Under the pieces are notes generated by a model that saw nothing but the letters and a program-made list of their open reading frames with translations, had not been told where the DNA came from and did not search any database. A DNA stretch of 63,794 nucleotides, filler included, from Candidatus Coatesbacteria bacterium (GTDB lineage: Bacteria; JAFGND01): assembly GCA_016927185.1 (NCBI GenBank). It is 5 parts of 5 records of this genome, joined end to end, with 100 filler letters (N's around TTAATTAATTAA, not from the genome) between each part and the next. Parts side by side here need not be neighbours in the genome. Positions count along the whole stretch, not along the records: positions 44,271 to 60,672 come from JAFGND010000004.1; 4 more parts are not named here. One strand, given 5' to 3'. Positions 49,831 to 59,460 of the stretch are shown one piece after another. Position 1 is the stretch's first letter; every line of letters begins with the position of its first letter. A program made the position numbers and the translations under genes.

Positions 49831-50969
49831 TATAATGTATCTATTTCCTGTTTCAAATTGACGCCCCTTCTTGAAAGCTCATCAAGAAGATAACTTACAT
49901 ATGCTTTATCCTTTGCCATTAATTCTAGAGGAAGAATGCCAGTTTCCTTGATTTTGTTTTTTAGAATATATCTTGCAGTTATTGAAGCGGGAAAACCAGT
50001 AGTTCTAGCCATTGCAGTATATCCTGTCTTTCTATCATGATAATCGAGCAAGAAGAATCTCATTCTTTCATGCTTTTTCTTTCTTATTCCTTTAGATTCA
50101 ACATCAAGCAGGCAGAAATCACCCTCATCTTCTGGCATTTTCCAGACTTTCTGCAATAATCTCTTGCTTAAATCTCTTGGTGCAATTTTCTTTCCATCAA
50201 TATCTATAGGCTCAGTATCAAAAAAACCAGTATATCTTAGTGTTTTCATTAAATCAGCATGCCCTGGAAATCTCAGGGTTTTTTCTACAAGATTCCTCAA
50301 TTTCACAGTGAATAAAAGTGTCCTCAACCCATCACTATTAAATCCCTCCAGCGAACCTATTTCAGGGAAATCAATTATCTCTACTTCACTTAAGGCATCT
50401 TTTATTATTACTTTTCCATCGTTTATCATCCTTGCAGGTCTCACATATTCCTCAATCACATCAGCAGCAGAGAAGACTATTCTATACTGATAAGGAAGCT
50501 CTCTTCTTAAAGGTAGACCTCCAACACAGATTCTCCCTTCAATAAAATCATCAAAATAAAGAGAAGCTAAACCAATTGCTAAATTACTTAATCCGGGAGA
50601 AACTCCACAATCAACTATTACAGGGATTCTTTTTTTCTTTGCTAATTTATCCAGATATAGCTGGTTTTCTGGCATAAATGCAATATCTACAATTGGTTTT
50701 GCTGTTTCAATAAGATTAGATAATACTTCATAGCCCATGAATCCTGGAACTGCACTTACAATAAGATCAAAATTGCCTGCAAGTGACTTCAAAACCTTAT
50801 AATCTCTGAAATCAGTTCTGATCAAAGCTAAATTATTAACTTTCGCAAAGATTTTCAAATGTTCAGTTGCAATATCCGAAAGCGATACCTTGATTTTCCT
50901 GTCTGCTGCCAGGTCAGCAGCAATTACTTTACCTACTAATCCTCCTCCTAGAACCAGGATTTTATTCAT
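49830..50969 (-). CDS. Saccharopine dehydrogenase / lysine 6-dehydrogenase family oxidoreductase
   Basis: VLGGGLVG, SAVPGFMG, DCGVSPGLSN, VGGLP, EEY.RP, KTLRFPGH, AMARTTGF. Confidence 0.9.
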   Translation of the reverse strand: MNKILVLGGGLVGKVIAADLAADRKIKVSLSDIATEHLKIFAKVNNLALIRTDFRDYKVLKSLAGNFDLIVSAVPGFMGYEVLSNLIETAKPIVDIAFMPENQLYLDKLAKKKRIPVIVDCGVSPGLSNLAIGLASLYFDDFIEGRICVGGLPLRRELPYQYRIVFSAADVIEEYVRPARMINDGKVIIKDALSEVEIIDFPEIGSLEGFNSDGLRTLLFTVKLRNLVEKTLRFPGHADLMKTLRYTGFFDTEPIDIDGKKIAPRDLSKRLLQKVWKMPEDEGDFCLLDVESKGIRKKKHERMRFFLLDYHDRKTGYTAMARTTGFPASITARYILKNKIKETGILPLELMAKDKAYVSYLLDELSRRGVNLKQEIDTL

Positions 50970-51052
50970 GACATCTCCCTGAAATTGAATGTTAAGCTAT
51001 TATCACTTGACTGGTTTTTAGAATAAGTTTTTTTAGGCAACAAGATTATGAA

Positions 51053-52063
51053 ATGATTGAAAACGAAAGAAAACTTCTTATAGAGAAATTGAAGAAGAAC
51101 AAGGTAAACTTCAAGATAATTAATGACAGTCTTCTTTTCGTTCCTGCTTTTGGCGGCAGGCTTTTTGCTATATTCTTGAAAGACAATAATTTACTCTGGA
51201 CTAATCCCGATTTCAGAAACAGATGGAACAAGGGAGGTCATAGAACATGGATTGCTCCTGAAGGAGGAAAAGGAGGTTTTTTCTTTTCCCTGTCAGGTAA
51301 AAAATGGAATGTTCCCCCATCTCTGGATCCTGCTTCCTATTCAATGAATTATTTTAAGGAAAAAGAAAGAATTGATTTGCAAAGCGATGTTAATATAAAA
51401 AACAACAGTAATCAAGTCTTTAATCTTGAAATAACAAGAACTTATAGTGAAATAAAGTGCAGTCCTTGTTCAATATCATTCACTTTTCAGCATCAAGCGA
51501 GAAACAAGAATTCTCAACAATTTATCAATACAATTGCCCTGTGGTCAATACTACAGGTTCAACCCCCTGGTTATATGTTTATAGGAAACAATGACTTGCT
51601 ACTCCCTGAAAGCTGGTCTGATAAATATTATGAAAAAATACCCGAAGGCTTTTTGATGGAAGAAAATGGATATGTCATGATAAGAATAGAGGGAGGAAAA
51701 AGATTCAAATCGGGTTTCCATCCTGCATCAGACAGAGGTAAACTGGCTTATATTTTCAAGAAAGCAACAGATTTCTGTCTTGTAACCAAAGAATGTCAAT
51801 TATTCAAGGATAACATATATATTGACAAACCAATAGCAGATTACAAAGGCAATGGTCATCCACTTCAAGTCTATAATCACTATGAAACAGGCAGAAAAGC
51901 ATTTGCGGAGCTAGAGTGTCATAGCCCCTCGATAAGTTTGAAACCTGGTGCCAGATATGGATTTGATATTAAAATATCTGCATTACTTGGAAAAAAGAAA
52001 ACTGTTGAAGAAAAACTTGAAGAATTTCTTGGTCTTTCATTAAAGAGGAGCATTGATGTATAA
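51053..52063 (+). CDS. DUF6786-like (aldose epimerase/galactose mutarotase-like fold) protein
   Basis: FGGRLF, LLWTNP, GGHRTWIAPEGG, W.VP..LDP, LWSILQ, QVYN, FAELECHSP. Confidence 0.65.
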   Translation: MIENERKLLIEKLKKNKVNFKIINDSLLFVPAFGGRLFAIFLKDNNLLWTNPDFRNRWNKGGHRTWIAPEGGKGGFFFSLSGKKWNVPPSLDPASYSMNYFKEKERIDLQSDVNIKNNSNQVFNLEITRTYSEIKCSPCSISFTFQHQARNKNSQQFINTIALWSILQVQPPGYMFIGNNDLLLPESWSDKYYEKIPEGFLMEENGYVMIRIEGGKRFKSGFHPASDRGKLAYIFKKATDFCLVTKECQLFKDNIYIDKPIADYKGNGHPLQVYNHYETGRKAFAELECHSPSISLKPGARYGFDIKISALLGKKKTVEEKLEEFLGLSLKRSIDV

Positions 52064-52418
52064 ATTGAAAGTAAAAACCTATTTTTCAGCAGCACATTGT
52101 CTGGAAGGTTATCCTGGTGCATGTCAGAGGATTCATGGTCATAACTGGGATATTACTGCCTGCTTCTCTTCAGACAAGTTGAATGAATTGGGTATGGTAG
52201 AGGATTTTAATGTGCTGAAAAAAGAGTTGAATATGCTTATTGAAAAGCTGGACCATAGATTATTAAATGAAATAGAGCCATTTGATAAAATCAATCCAAC
52301 CTCAGAAAATATTGCCAGATGGCTATTCGAGAATCTGGAAAACAAATTCAAGAATGTACACGTGCTATATGTAGAAGTATCTGAAAGTAGTAACAGCTTT
52401 GCAAGGTATGAGAAATGA
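52056..52418 (+). CDS. queD: 6-carboxy-5,6,7,8-tetrahydropterin synthase
   Basis: FSAAH, C.RIHGHNW, LDHRLLN, NPTSENIA, VSES. Confidence 0.95.
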   Translation: MYKLKVKTYFSAAHCLEGYPGACQRIHGHNWDITACFSSDKLNELGMVEDFNVLKKELNMLIEKLDHRLLNEIEPFDKINPTSENIARWLFENLENKFKNVHVLYVEVSESSNSFARYEK

Positions 52419-54244
52419 TTACAAACAGGGATTTTCTGGGATACTTCTCTAAAAACAAGCCGAACCCAACAGATGTTTCACGGATGATAAGGATATTCGG
52501 ATATTCACCACAAGAAACAGTCTTCAAGGATACCCTTTTTCTTTATGGAGATTTTACCATCTTTGAAACACCTAAGTTCGTAGTTGCTATTTCAGGTTAT
52601 TGCATGAATGAAATAAATGCCAATCTGGTAGAAAGACTGGAACTAATACCAACTCAGGTTATGAACTCTCTTGACGGACTTTTCAGGTTAATTCATTACA
52701 ATTATGAGAAAAGAATTCTGCTTTTAACCTGTGATTATTTCGCAAAAAGGACTATTTATTATAGAGCTATGATGGATGAAATAATATTCAGCAATAACAC
52801 GAGTATACTGGCAAACTGGGGAGACAGAGAACCAGAACTGGATATTTCTGGATTGCAGCATTTTGCTGGCTATGCTTATACTCCAGCCCCTCACACTCTC
52901 TTCAAGAATGTTTATGAAATACCTTTTGGCTCTTATATGACAATCAAGCTGGGAGAAGATCCTCAAATAAAGAAATACTGGTCAGTTCCTGTTGTAAAGC
53001 AGAAGAAAATCTCTTATCCAGAAACAACAAATGAACTTAAAAATCTTATTCAGGAATCTGTATCAAGAACAATAAAGGTTATTGATGGAGTACCGGGTTT
53101 TTTTTGCAGCGGAGGTTTAGACACTTCTTCAGTTATCTGGGCAGGAAGCAAGATTCTCAAGGATAAAATAAGAACCTATACTGTTGGTTTTAATCTATCT
53201 GACACTGCTCTTAATAAGGAATATGATGAAGCCAATTATGCAAACACTATAAATAACCACTTCTCAGCTGATGCAAATGTTACTCACATAGATGGAAAAA
53301 TAGCTAAAAAACTCCTGCTTCCTGCGATTTTTGCCATGGAAAAACCAAGTGGTGATGCTCTTAATACATATTTTGTTCTGAATAGTATCAAAAACGAGAA
53401 GCATATATTAAGTGGAACTGGGGGAGATGAAATATTCTATGGAGTGGTTTTTTATCCATTACTCAAGTGGATGAGAAAAAGAAAATTAATGGGTATTATT
53501 CCTAATCCCCTAAGGAGAATTATTTCAAATGCTTTTGTGAAAAGTGACAAATTATCAAGAAGAGTTTTGGCAGCATACATGAATAACAATCTAGTTTCTT
53601 TATATTCAACATGGAGAACCCAGCAAAGCAGATATGAACTCCTGAAATATTTCTCAGAAGAATACTCATCAAATCTTTATAACGAGCAAAAGGAATTCGA
53701 GGAAATGCTGCTTGCTTTCAAAGATATACCTCTGTCTACTCAAATCTCTTATCTCACTCTAAGAGATATAGTTGCAGGGGTTCAACTGAGAGATATTGAA
53801 CACATGTCAGGCAAATTCGGAATATTTGTATGGTCTCCTCTTCTAAGCAAGAAGATACTTGAATTTATGTATTCTCTGCCTTTCAATGAGATTGCAATTC
53901 CGAATGTAAGTAAGCCTTTGCTACAGAATGCCATGCAAAGTGAATTTCCAGAAGAAATAATGAGAAGAAGTAAAAGAGGATTTATTATTCCTATGCAAGT
54001 CTGGCTTGAGAAGGATTTAAGATTTTTGGCAGAGAGAATAATTAAAGATGGAAAACATAAGGAGTTAGGTTACTGGAGACATGAAAGATTGCTTGAGTTA
54101 CTTGCTGAATTGAAAAAACCAAGAGTTGGATATACTTTCTTCAAAATCTGGAATGTTATTGTAGCTTATATATGGTGCAGAATGCATTTGATAGAGAAAA
54201 GAGAAACCCCTCCCTCCGTTTCAATCGAAGAATGGCTAGGGTAA
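52415..54244 (+). CDS. Asparagine synthetase B-like ATP-dependent amide ligase lacking the catalytic N-terminal Cys
   Basis: SGGLDTS, SGTGGDEIF, SPLL, KRGFIIP; N-terminus MITNRDF instead of MCGI. Confidence 0.85.
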   Translation: MITNRDFLGYFSKNKPNPTDVSRMIRIFGYSPQETVFKDTLFLYGDFTIFETPKFVVAISGYCMNEINANLVERLELIPTQVMNSLDGLFRLIHYNYEKRILLLTCDYFAKRTIYYRAMMDEIIFSNNTSILANWGDREPELDISGLQHFAGYAYTPAPHTLFKNVYEIPFGSYMTIKLGEDPQIKKYWSVPVVKQKKISYPETTNELKNLIQESVSRTIKVIDGVPGFFCSGGLDTSSVIWAGSKILKDKIRTYTVGFNLSDTALNKEYDEANYANTINNHFSADANVTHIDGKIAKKLLLPAIFAMEKPSGDALNTYFVLNSIKNEKHILSGTGGDEIFYGVVFYPLLKWMRKRKLMGIIPNPLRRIISNAFVKSDKLSRRVLAAYMNNNLVSLYSTWRTQQSRYELLKYFSEEYSSNLYNEQKEFEEMLLAFKDIPLSTQISYLTLRDIVAGVQLRDIEHMSGKFGIFVWSPLLSKKILEFMYSLPFNEIAIPNVSKPLLQNAMQSEFPEEIMRRSKRGFIIPMQVWLEKDLRFLAERIIKDGKHKELGYWRHERLLELLAELKKPRVGYTFFKIWNVIVAYIWCRMHLIEKRETPPSVSIEEWLG

Positions 54245-55192
54245 ATCGTAAATAATGTAACGAAATCCTACATCAAACTGCGTTGTTGTTTTATCAAGAA
54301 TCCTTCTCTCATAGCAATCAGGTACACCATCTTGAATATAATAGATACCACCCTTTGCCATAACCTTATCGTCAGCATCAATACTTCTTGTCCATTGCCA
54401 GCAATCTCCTATCAAATCATAAACATATGAAGATGATGCTGGAAATGATTTAACTGGCTTTGGAAAACTTTCAAGCCAATTAAAATCCTTGAAAAAGTAT
54501 GAAATATCTATATCTTCCATGACTCCCCATGGATAAAGTACTGAGCTATTCCCCATGTTTACAGCCATAATGAACTCATTTTCATCAGGTAGAAATCCTT
54601 TTACCCATTTTGTATAAGCAATTGCACCATAATAAGAGACTTCAGTAATAGGTATGTCATCACTCTTCTTCCTTAATCCGTACTTACCGTTTTTGAAATG
54701 AATTGGACAATCTCCATCATTATAATCCAGCCACTTTGAAATCTCAATATTAGATGCATTGCTGCTCTCCATGAATTTCAGGTATTGTGATGTTTTCACA
54801 AGATGCTCTGCCATAAAAAAACCTTTTGTTTTTCTGCTCCCTTTAATCCATCTCAAAAGCATGCCATCTTTCCGGTTTTTATATCTATCAAGAAGAATTA
54901 TTTCTGTCATGCTGAGCGGTCTAGTGTAAATTTCCCTTTGAATAATATGATAGTTTTCCCTGGATACTTTTATGGGAAGTATTTTGTCAACATCAAGATG
55001 TGAAATCATCAATGGAGTATTCCCATAATATTCTTCATTGATATAGATTTTTGCATCACTTGGTATTGAATATAAGTATAAATTACAGGAGTGCTTTTCA
55101 AATTCATAGTAAAAACCTGAAATAAAAACAAAGATGACTGTCAAAACAAGAATAATGGCAACTAGCAAGATAAATGTTTTAGAAACTTTCAT
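54236..55192 (-). CDS. Membrane-anchored PEGA + FGE/sulfatase-modifying-like domain protein
   Basis: TM; SIPSDAKIYINEEYYGNTP (PEGA); PITEVSYYGA.AY..W...LP.E.E, YPWG, YDLIGDCWQW, VGFR. Confidence 0.8.
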   Translation of the reverse strand: MKVSKTFILLVAIILVLTVIFVFISGFYYEFEKHSCNLYLYSIPSDAKIYINEEYYGNTPLMISHLDVDKILPIKVSRENYHIIQREIYTRPLSMTEIILLDRYKNRKDGMLLRWIKGSRKTKGFFMAEHLVKTSQYLKFMESSNASNIEISKWLDYNDGDCPIHFKNGKYGLRKKSDDIPITEVSYYGAIAYTKWVKGFLPDENEFIMAVNMGNSSVLYPWGVMEDIDISYFFKDFNWLESFPKPVKSFPASSSYVYDLIGDCWQWTRSIDADDKVMAKGGIYYIQDGVPDCYERRILDKTTTQFDVGFRYIIYDLP

Positions 55193-56382
55193 TAATTGAA
55201 TTCAAAGACGCTTCCATTTGGTATCAGTAAATCAATCTGAAATCCTTGAGGAGAAATGTTCTTTATGCTTAACTTACCAGATATGCTTTTGGCAAAAGCA
55301 TTGGCATTATACAAGCCATAATGAAACTTCTTCGATTCTGCTGAAGTTTCATAATATAATGAGAAGATATTATCTATATCAAATTCGTTCAAGGAATTTC
55401 CATTTGAGATTACCATTATTTCTATATATTCATCAGTTCTCATATAATTAAGCTGAATTTTCTTTTTCCTCTGCTCTACTGGGAAACTTGAAAAAACTAC
55501 ATGAATTATGTCATAGAATGCTTCTATGAATTCGATAATACTTCTTTTTATAATTATATTACTTAAGTCTTTATCAGATTCAAACTGAATCTCTTTATCT
55601 GTCTTGTCTTTATGAATATTAAAAACGATTTCTGATAATTGTCTAAGTGATAGCTGATTGTTTTCAAGATATTCTATGAAGATTTTATCAAAGAAAGTTG
55701 AGTTTTCTTCAATTATATTCAGAATTCTTTTATGTGAATTTTTTAAGTTTGAAATTGATTGGAAAATCTCTTTCTCTATCTCTGCCAGATAATTAGCTAG
55801 TTCTGGATGGTCTTTCTGGAAATGAGTTGATACTGGAACCATCCTTGTCCATACCTGTTCAATCTTTCTTAGTCCAGAATTGGCATCCACTATAGGCTGA
55901 TTCAGGTGATGTGAAGATACAGAAGCTAGCATTGATAGAGATATGAAATCATTTTCAATCTCATTACATATTACTTTTTCCTGAACATCACTGTTCTGGT
56001 TCTGCGATTTACTCAAACGGGAAACTGAGGCTTCAAGTTCATTCAAATCAATAGGTTTTCTGAGTAAATCAAATGCATTCTGTTTTAATGCTTCTATTGC
56101 GATTTCCAAATCAGCATAAGCAGTTATAAGGACTACTGGTATATCAATTTTCCTGAAATTCAGCTGCTTCAATAAATCAAGCCCACTCAGGTTAGGCATG
56201 CAAACATCTGTAATTATGATATCAAATTCTCTTTCTTTTTCTATTGTATCAAGGACGTCTATTGCATTGTTCTTGGTGATGACTTCATGTCCGAGATTAA
56301 CAAGAAAGTTTGAAAGAGCATTAAGAGCAAGAGTATCATCTTCAGCAAGTAATATCTTGAGCTTTTTATTTTCATTTTTCAT
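55192..56382 (-). CDS. Receiver domain + degenerate histidine-kinase-like domain
   Basis: LAEDD, ITDVCMP, LITA, LRKP intact; SSHHLNQP H-box-like; N, G1 and G2 boxes eroded. Confidence 0.8.
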   Translation of the reverse strand: MKNENKKLKILLAEDDTLALNALSNFLVNLGHEVITKNNAIDVLDTIEKEREFDIIITDVCMPNLSGLDLLKQLNFRKIDIPVVLITAYADLEIAIEALKQNAFDLLRKPIDLNELEASVSRLSKSQNQNSDVQEKVICNEIENDFISLSMLASVSSHHLNQPIVDANSGLRKIEQVWTRMVPVSTHFQKDHPELANYLAEIEKEIFQSISNLKNSHKRILNIIEENSTFFDKIFIEYLENNQLSLRQLSEIVFNIHKDKTDKEIQFESDKDLSNIIIKRSIIEFIEAFYDIIHVVFSSFPVEQRKKKIQLNYMRTDEYIEIMVISNGNSLNEFDIDNIFSLYYETSAESKKFHYGLYNANAFAKSISGKLSIKNISPQGFQIDLLIPNGSVFEFN

Positions 56383-56383
56383 T

Positions 56384-58558
56384 TCAGTTCCTTAATGAAG
56401 GTCTAACTTGATTTTTTCCCTTTTTCTTTGCTTCATACAAAAGTGTATCAGCTTTTTCTATCAATTTCGAAATTTCACTTTCATCATCTGGATAACAGGC
56501 TACTCCAAATGAACATGTTATTCTGAATTCATATCCTTTGTTTTTTGAGAAAACAAGCTTTGCTATTTCCTTTCTCAACATTTCAGCAAAAACAACACCT
56601 TTTCCCAGATCTGCATCAATTAGAATGCAAATAAACTCTTCTCCTCCATATCTTGCTGGATTAAATGTTGAATCTATTACCTTTCCGATTTCATCTTTCG
56701 TATACATGCTTCTATAAGTGTCGTGATAAAAACTTACTTTCTCGTATCTTATCCCATCTTTTTGAACAATTTCCTTGCTCTTGGATCTCAACAAGCAGGA
56801 AATACCCTCTAATACCTTATCTCCTGTTGGGTGTCCGTAAGTATCATTAATCTTCTTGAATTCATCTATATCAAACATTATTATGCAGAACTTGCTATTC
56901 GTATCCTTGGATTTCAAAATAGCTTTTTTCTTTATCTTCTTTATCTCATCCATAAAATGACGATGATTCCATAATCCTGTCAAGCTGTCTTTTCGGGATT
57001 TGTTTTCGAAATCCTCTTGCCTTATAGTGTACAAACAGAATGTTATAAAAGTATCTGTCAATATTTCAAGGAATCTTGCATCACTGATATCAAAATTATT
57101 AGGATTCGGAGAAGTTAATATTATCACTCCAGGTTCTCCATTATCACCTATTGAATTGAGATAAGTTCCTATAACACTTTTATAATTGAATCTATCAATA
57201 TTAGTCTGTGGATTAAAGACCTGGGTAATTTTAGGATCAATATGTGTTTTTATATAATGATGCCTGTTTTTCAAAATCCACTTCACAATGCCGCTGTTAA
57301 TAGCTTGTCTATCAAATATATTGAATATACCGCGTCTGTATCTGAGTTCTATCTTATCATCCTCTTGTTTTCCTATAACAATCACAATATCACTTGTCTT
57401 GAATACTTCTTCATAGTATTCTAGTGCTTTCTGAACAAAATCGTTTAACGAGGCAGAATTTCCACCAATGTTATGCATGCTTTGAATTGTAGAAAGGTAT
57501 TTATTGCTTTTTACCATTTCCAGCTGCTTGCTTACCCATTCATCTATCATGCTAAATACATTTGCAGTTCTTTCAACAATAGACTGTATCTGTTCATCAA
57601 AAACATTGGGATTTGCATGATCAAGTACTATCACTCCTACCAAATCCTGTTTTTCATTCTGCGAAAATACTGGAACAGCTAATATGCTCTCTATGAATGC
57701 TTGATTTGTATAGTATTTAAGCAAATTGCCAGGAGTATGAAGTTGACCATTCAATACAGTTTTTTTCTCCTTCAAAATCCATCCAATTGCACCTACACCT
57801 GATGGTATTATTGCTGTTGGAATGATATGGTTTTCAACAGAAGAGAAATATTTAACAAGTCTCAAATGATCTCTTTCAACAGCAAAATATGCTATTGTCT
57901 GTAAAATCAATCCATTGTAGAGATTTTCAAGGAGATGTCCCACTATACTCTTGTGGGAATTGAGTATCAATTGCCATTCCTTGTCAAAATTCCTGACATC
58001 CAGGGGATCTCCTGAGGCATTATTTTTCTCAATTTTACCAATATTTACTTCATCAAAATTATCTTTTTCATCTTCCTCTTGTCCATGAAATTTTTTATTC
58101 AAGCAATACCCAATGAAGCCGCATGTAATAGGTAAAAAGATTGTATTTCCTAACATAAGATAAATGTTTATTTCAAATTTATTGTGAATCAAAGCTCCTG
58201 CAGTTAATAAGGGAGAAATAGCACCCAGGAGCATTATCTCTTTTCTATTGTATTTGAACAAGAGGAATCCAAACAATATGCTTGCTATTGTATTTGGCAA
58301 GAAATGAATCATATCCTCATTGGATCTCAGCAATATATCAGATATTATGAAATATAATCCCGCTGCAAAGAAAACTGTATCCTCTGCATATGATTTTTCT
58401 TTGAACAAAACGTAGAGAAACAATACAAGAATTAATGGAGAAGTAATTGTTGCTAGCGGCTTGAAAACAAAAATCTCACCCCAAATAGCAAGATAAACAA
58501 GATAAATAATTGTTAAAAGCAGTATAATAAATTTTGATAAATGCTTCTTAAATTTCAT
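56384..58558 (-). CDS. Membrane diguanylate cyclase with two GAF domains
   Basis: N-terminal TMs; GAF-like SILAVP...VGVIVLD; DSLTGLWN, DIDEFKKINDTYGHPTGD, RYGGEEF, ADTLLYEAK. Confidence 0.92.
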   Translation of the reverse strand: MKFKKHLSKFIILLLTIIYLVYLAIWGEIFVFKPLATITSPLILVLFLYVLFKEKSYAEDTVFFAAGLYFIISDILLRSNEDMIHFLPNTIASILFGFLLFKYNRKEIMLLGAISPLLTAGALIHNKFEINIYLMLGNTIFLPITCGFIGYCLNKKFHGQEEDEKDNFDEVNIGKIEKNNASGDPLDVRNFDKEWQLILNSHKSIVGHLLENLYNGLILQTIAYFAVERDHLRLVKYFSSVENHIIPTAIIPSGVGAIGWILKEKKTVLNGQLHTPGNLLKYYTNQAFIESILAVPVFSQNEKQDLVGVIVLDHANPNVFDEQIQSIVERTANVFSMIDEWVSKQLEMVKSNKYLSTIQSMHNIGGNSASLNDFVQKALEYYEEVFKTSDIVIVIGKQEDDKIELRYRRGIFNIFDRQAINSGIVKWILKNRHHYIKTHIDPKITQVFNPQTNIDRFNYKSVIGTYLNSIGDNGEPGVIILTSPNPNNFDISDARFLEILTDTFITFCLYTIRQEDFENKSRKDSLTGLWNHRHFMDEIKKIKKKAILKSKDTNSKFCIIMFDIDEFKKINDTYGHPTGDKVLEGISCLLRSKSKEIVQKDGIRYEKVSFYHDTYRSMYTKDEIGKVIDSTFNPARYGGEEFICILIDADLGKGVVFAEMLRKEIAKLVFSKNKGYEFRITCSFGVACYPDDESEISKLIEKADTLLYEAKKKGKNQVRPSLRN

Positions 58559-58602
58559 AATAAACTGGTTAACTTGACACTTTAAAAGCAGCTTTTCATA
58601 AG

Positions 58603-59406
58603 TTAAATCACTTTGAAAAAAACTATTTTTTCAGGTTGCTGCTTATCATTATAATATAAATGAAGTTCATAGTCTCCTTTTTCAAGTTTTTTCTTCGTCT
58701 TGTATGAAAACAATGCCTTATTGGTATCTTTCTCAAGCAATTGTTCAGTTTCACCAAGTAACACTCCCCTATCCTTGTAAAACCAGCTTGCCTTGAGTTT
58801 TGAGCCTGAAAGATTTACTCCCTCAAGCAATACAAGGCATAAAATTTGCTTCTCTTTCTGTTTAAATTCATTTGATGGATTAGCCAGTGATTCTTTTTCC
58901 TTATCAAAATGAGTTCCAAGACTTATATTAGTTATTTTTATGGCTGTTTTCATTATAAAACCAGGATTATCCTTGTATTTTGAATACAACTCATTTGTAG
59001 AGGTAATTGTAAAGAAAACCTCTTTCACTTGTTTCTTGTTGATTAATAGTTTTATCTTGTAATCCCCATGTTCAAAAGGTTTTTCATCATCTCTTTTCCA
59101 TCTCAACTTGAAAACCTGTTCAGGCTTATCTGTTCTTACAGAATCAATGAAGACTGTTCTTTTTTCAGTTGCCTGTATCCATTCATGTTCTACTAGCATG
59201 TTTTTTCCCAGAGGATCCTTGAATTTCACAATAGCGCATATCTCCTTTGCAAAAGGAGAAAATTCCTCTCTCCTTCCGAGTACTTTGTCACCAGAAAAAA
59301 CAAGACCCGTAGAGAATTCTGAGATTAGCTTTGAATAGTCCTTCTCTCTGCAAGAAAAAAACATAACGAAGTATATAAAGAGAAAAAGCAGTCTTTTATA
59401 AATCAT
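58603..59406 (-). CDS. Lipoprotein with two tandem Ig-like domains
   Basis: Lipobox FFSC; repeated F....K.I, W, G.Y...L..N.K.....F.I pattern. Confidence 0.65.
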   Translation of the reverse strand: MIYKRLLFLFIYFVMFFSCREKDYSKLISEFSTGLVFSGDKVLGRREEFSPFAKEICAIVKFKDPLGKNMLVEHEWIQATEKRTVFIDSVRTDKPEQVFKLRWKRDDEKPFEHGDYKIKLLINKKQVKEVFFTITSTNELYSKYKDNPGFIMKTAIKITNISLGTHFDKEKESLANPSNEFKQKEKQILCLVLLEGVNLSGSKLKASWFYKDRGVLLGETEQLLEKDTNKALFSYKTKKKLEKGDYELHLYYNDKQQPEKIVFFKVI

Positions 59407-59460
59407 TTCTCTGTCAGTTCCATCAAAATCCTATATTTGTCAAGCAAGTCGGTTTTATTT

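Noticed and set aside
50970..52055. preQ1 riboswitch upstream of queD
   Set aside because: queD overlaps the upstream gene, and I could not see a preQ1-like hairpin with A-rich tail in the short operon leader; an Rfam scan would be decisive
52415..54244. Lasso peptide biosynthetic cluster
   Set aside because: No transglutaminase-like B2, PqqD-like B1 or precursor ORF is visible nearby
54236..55192. Diversity-generating retroelement target (FGE/CLec domain)
   Set aside because: No reverse transcriptase and no template/variable repeat pair found in the window
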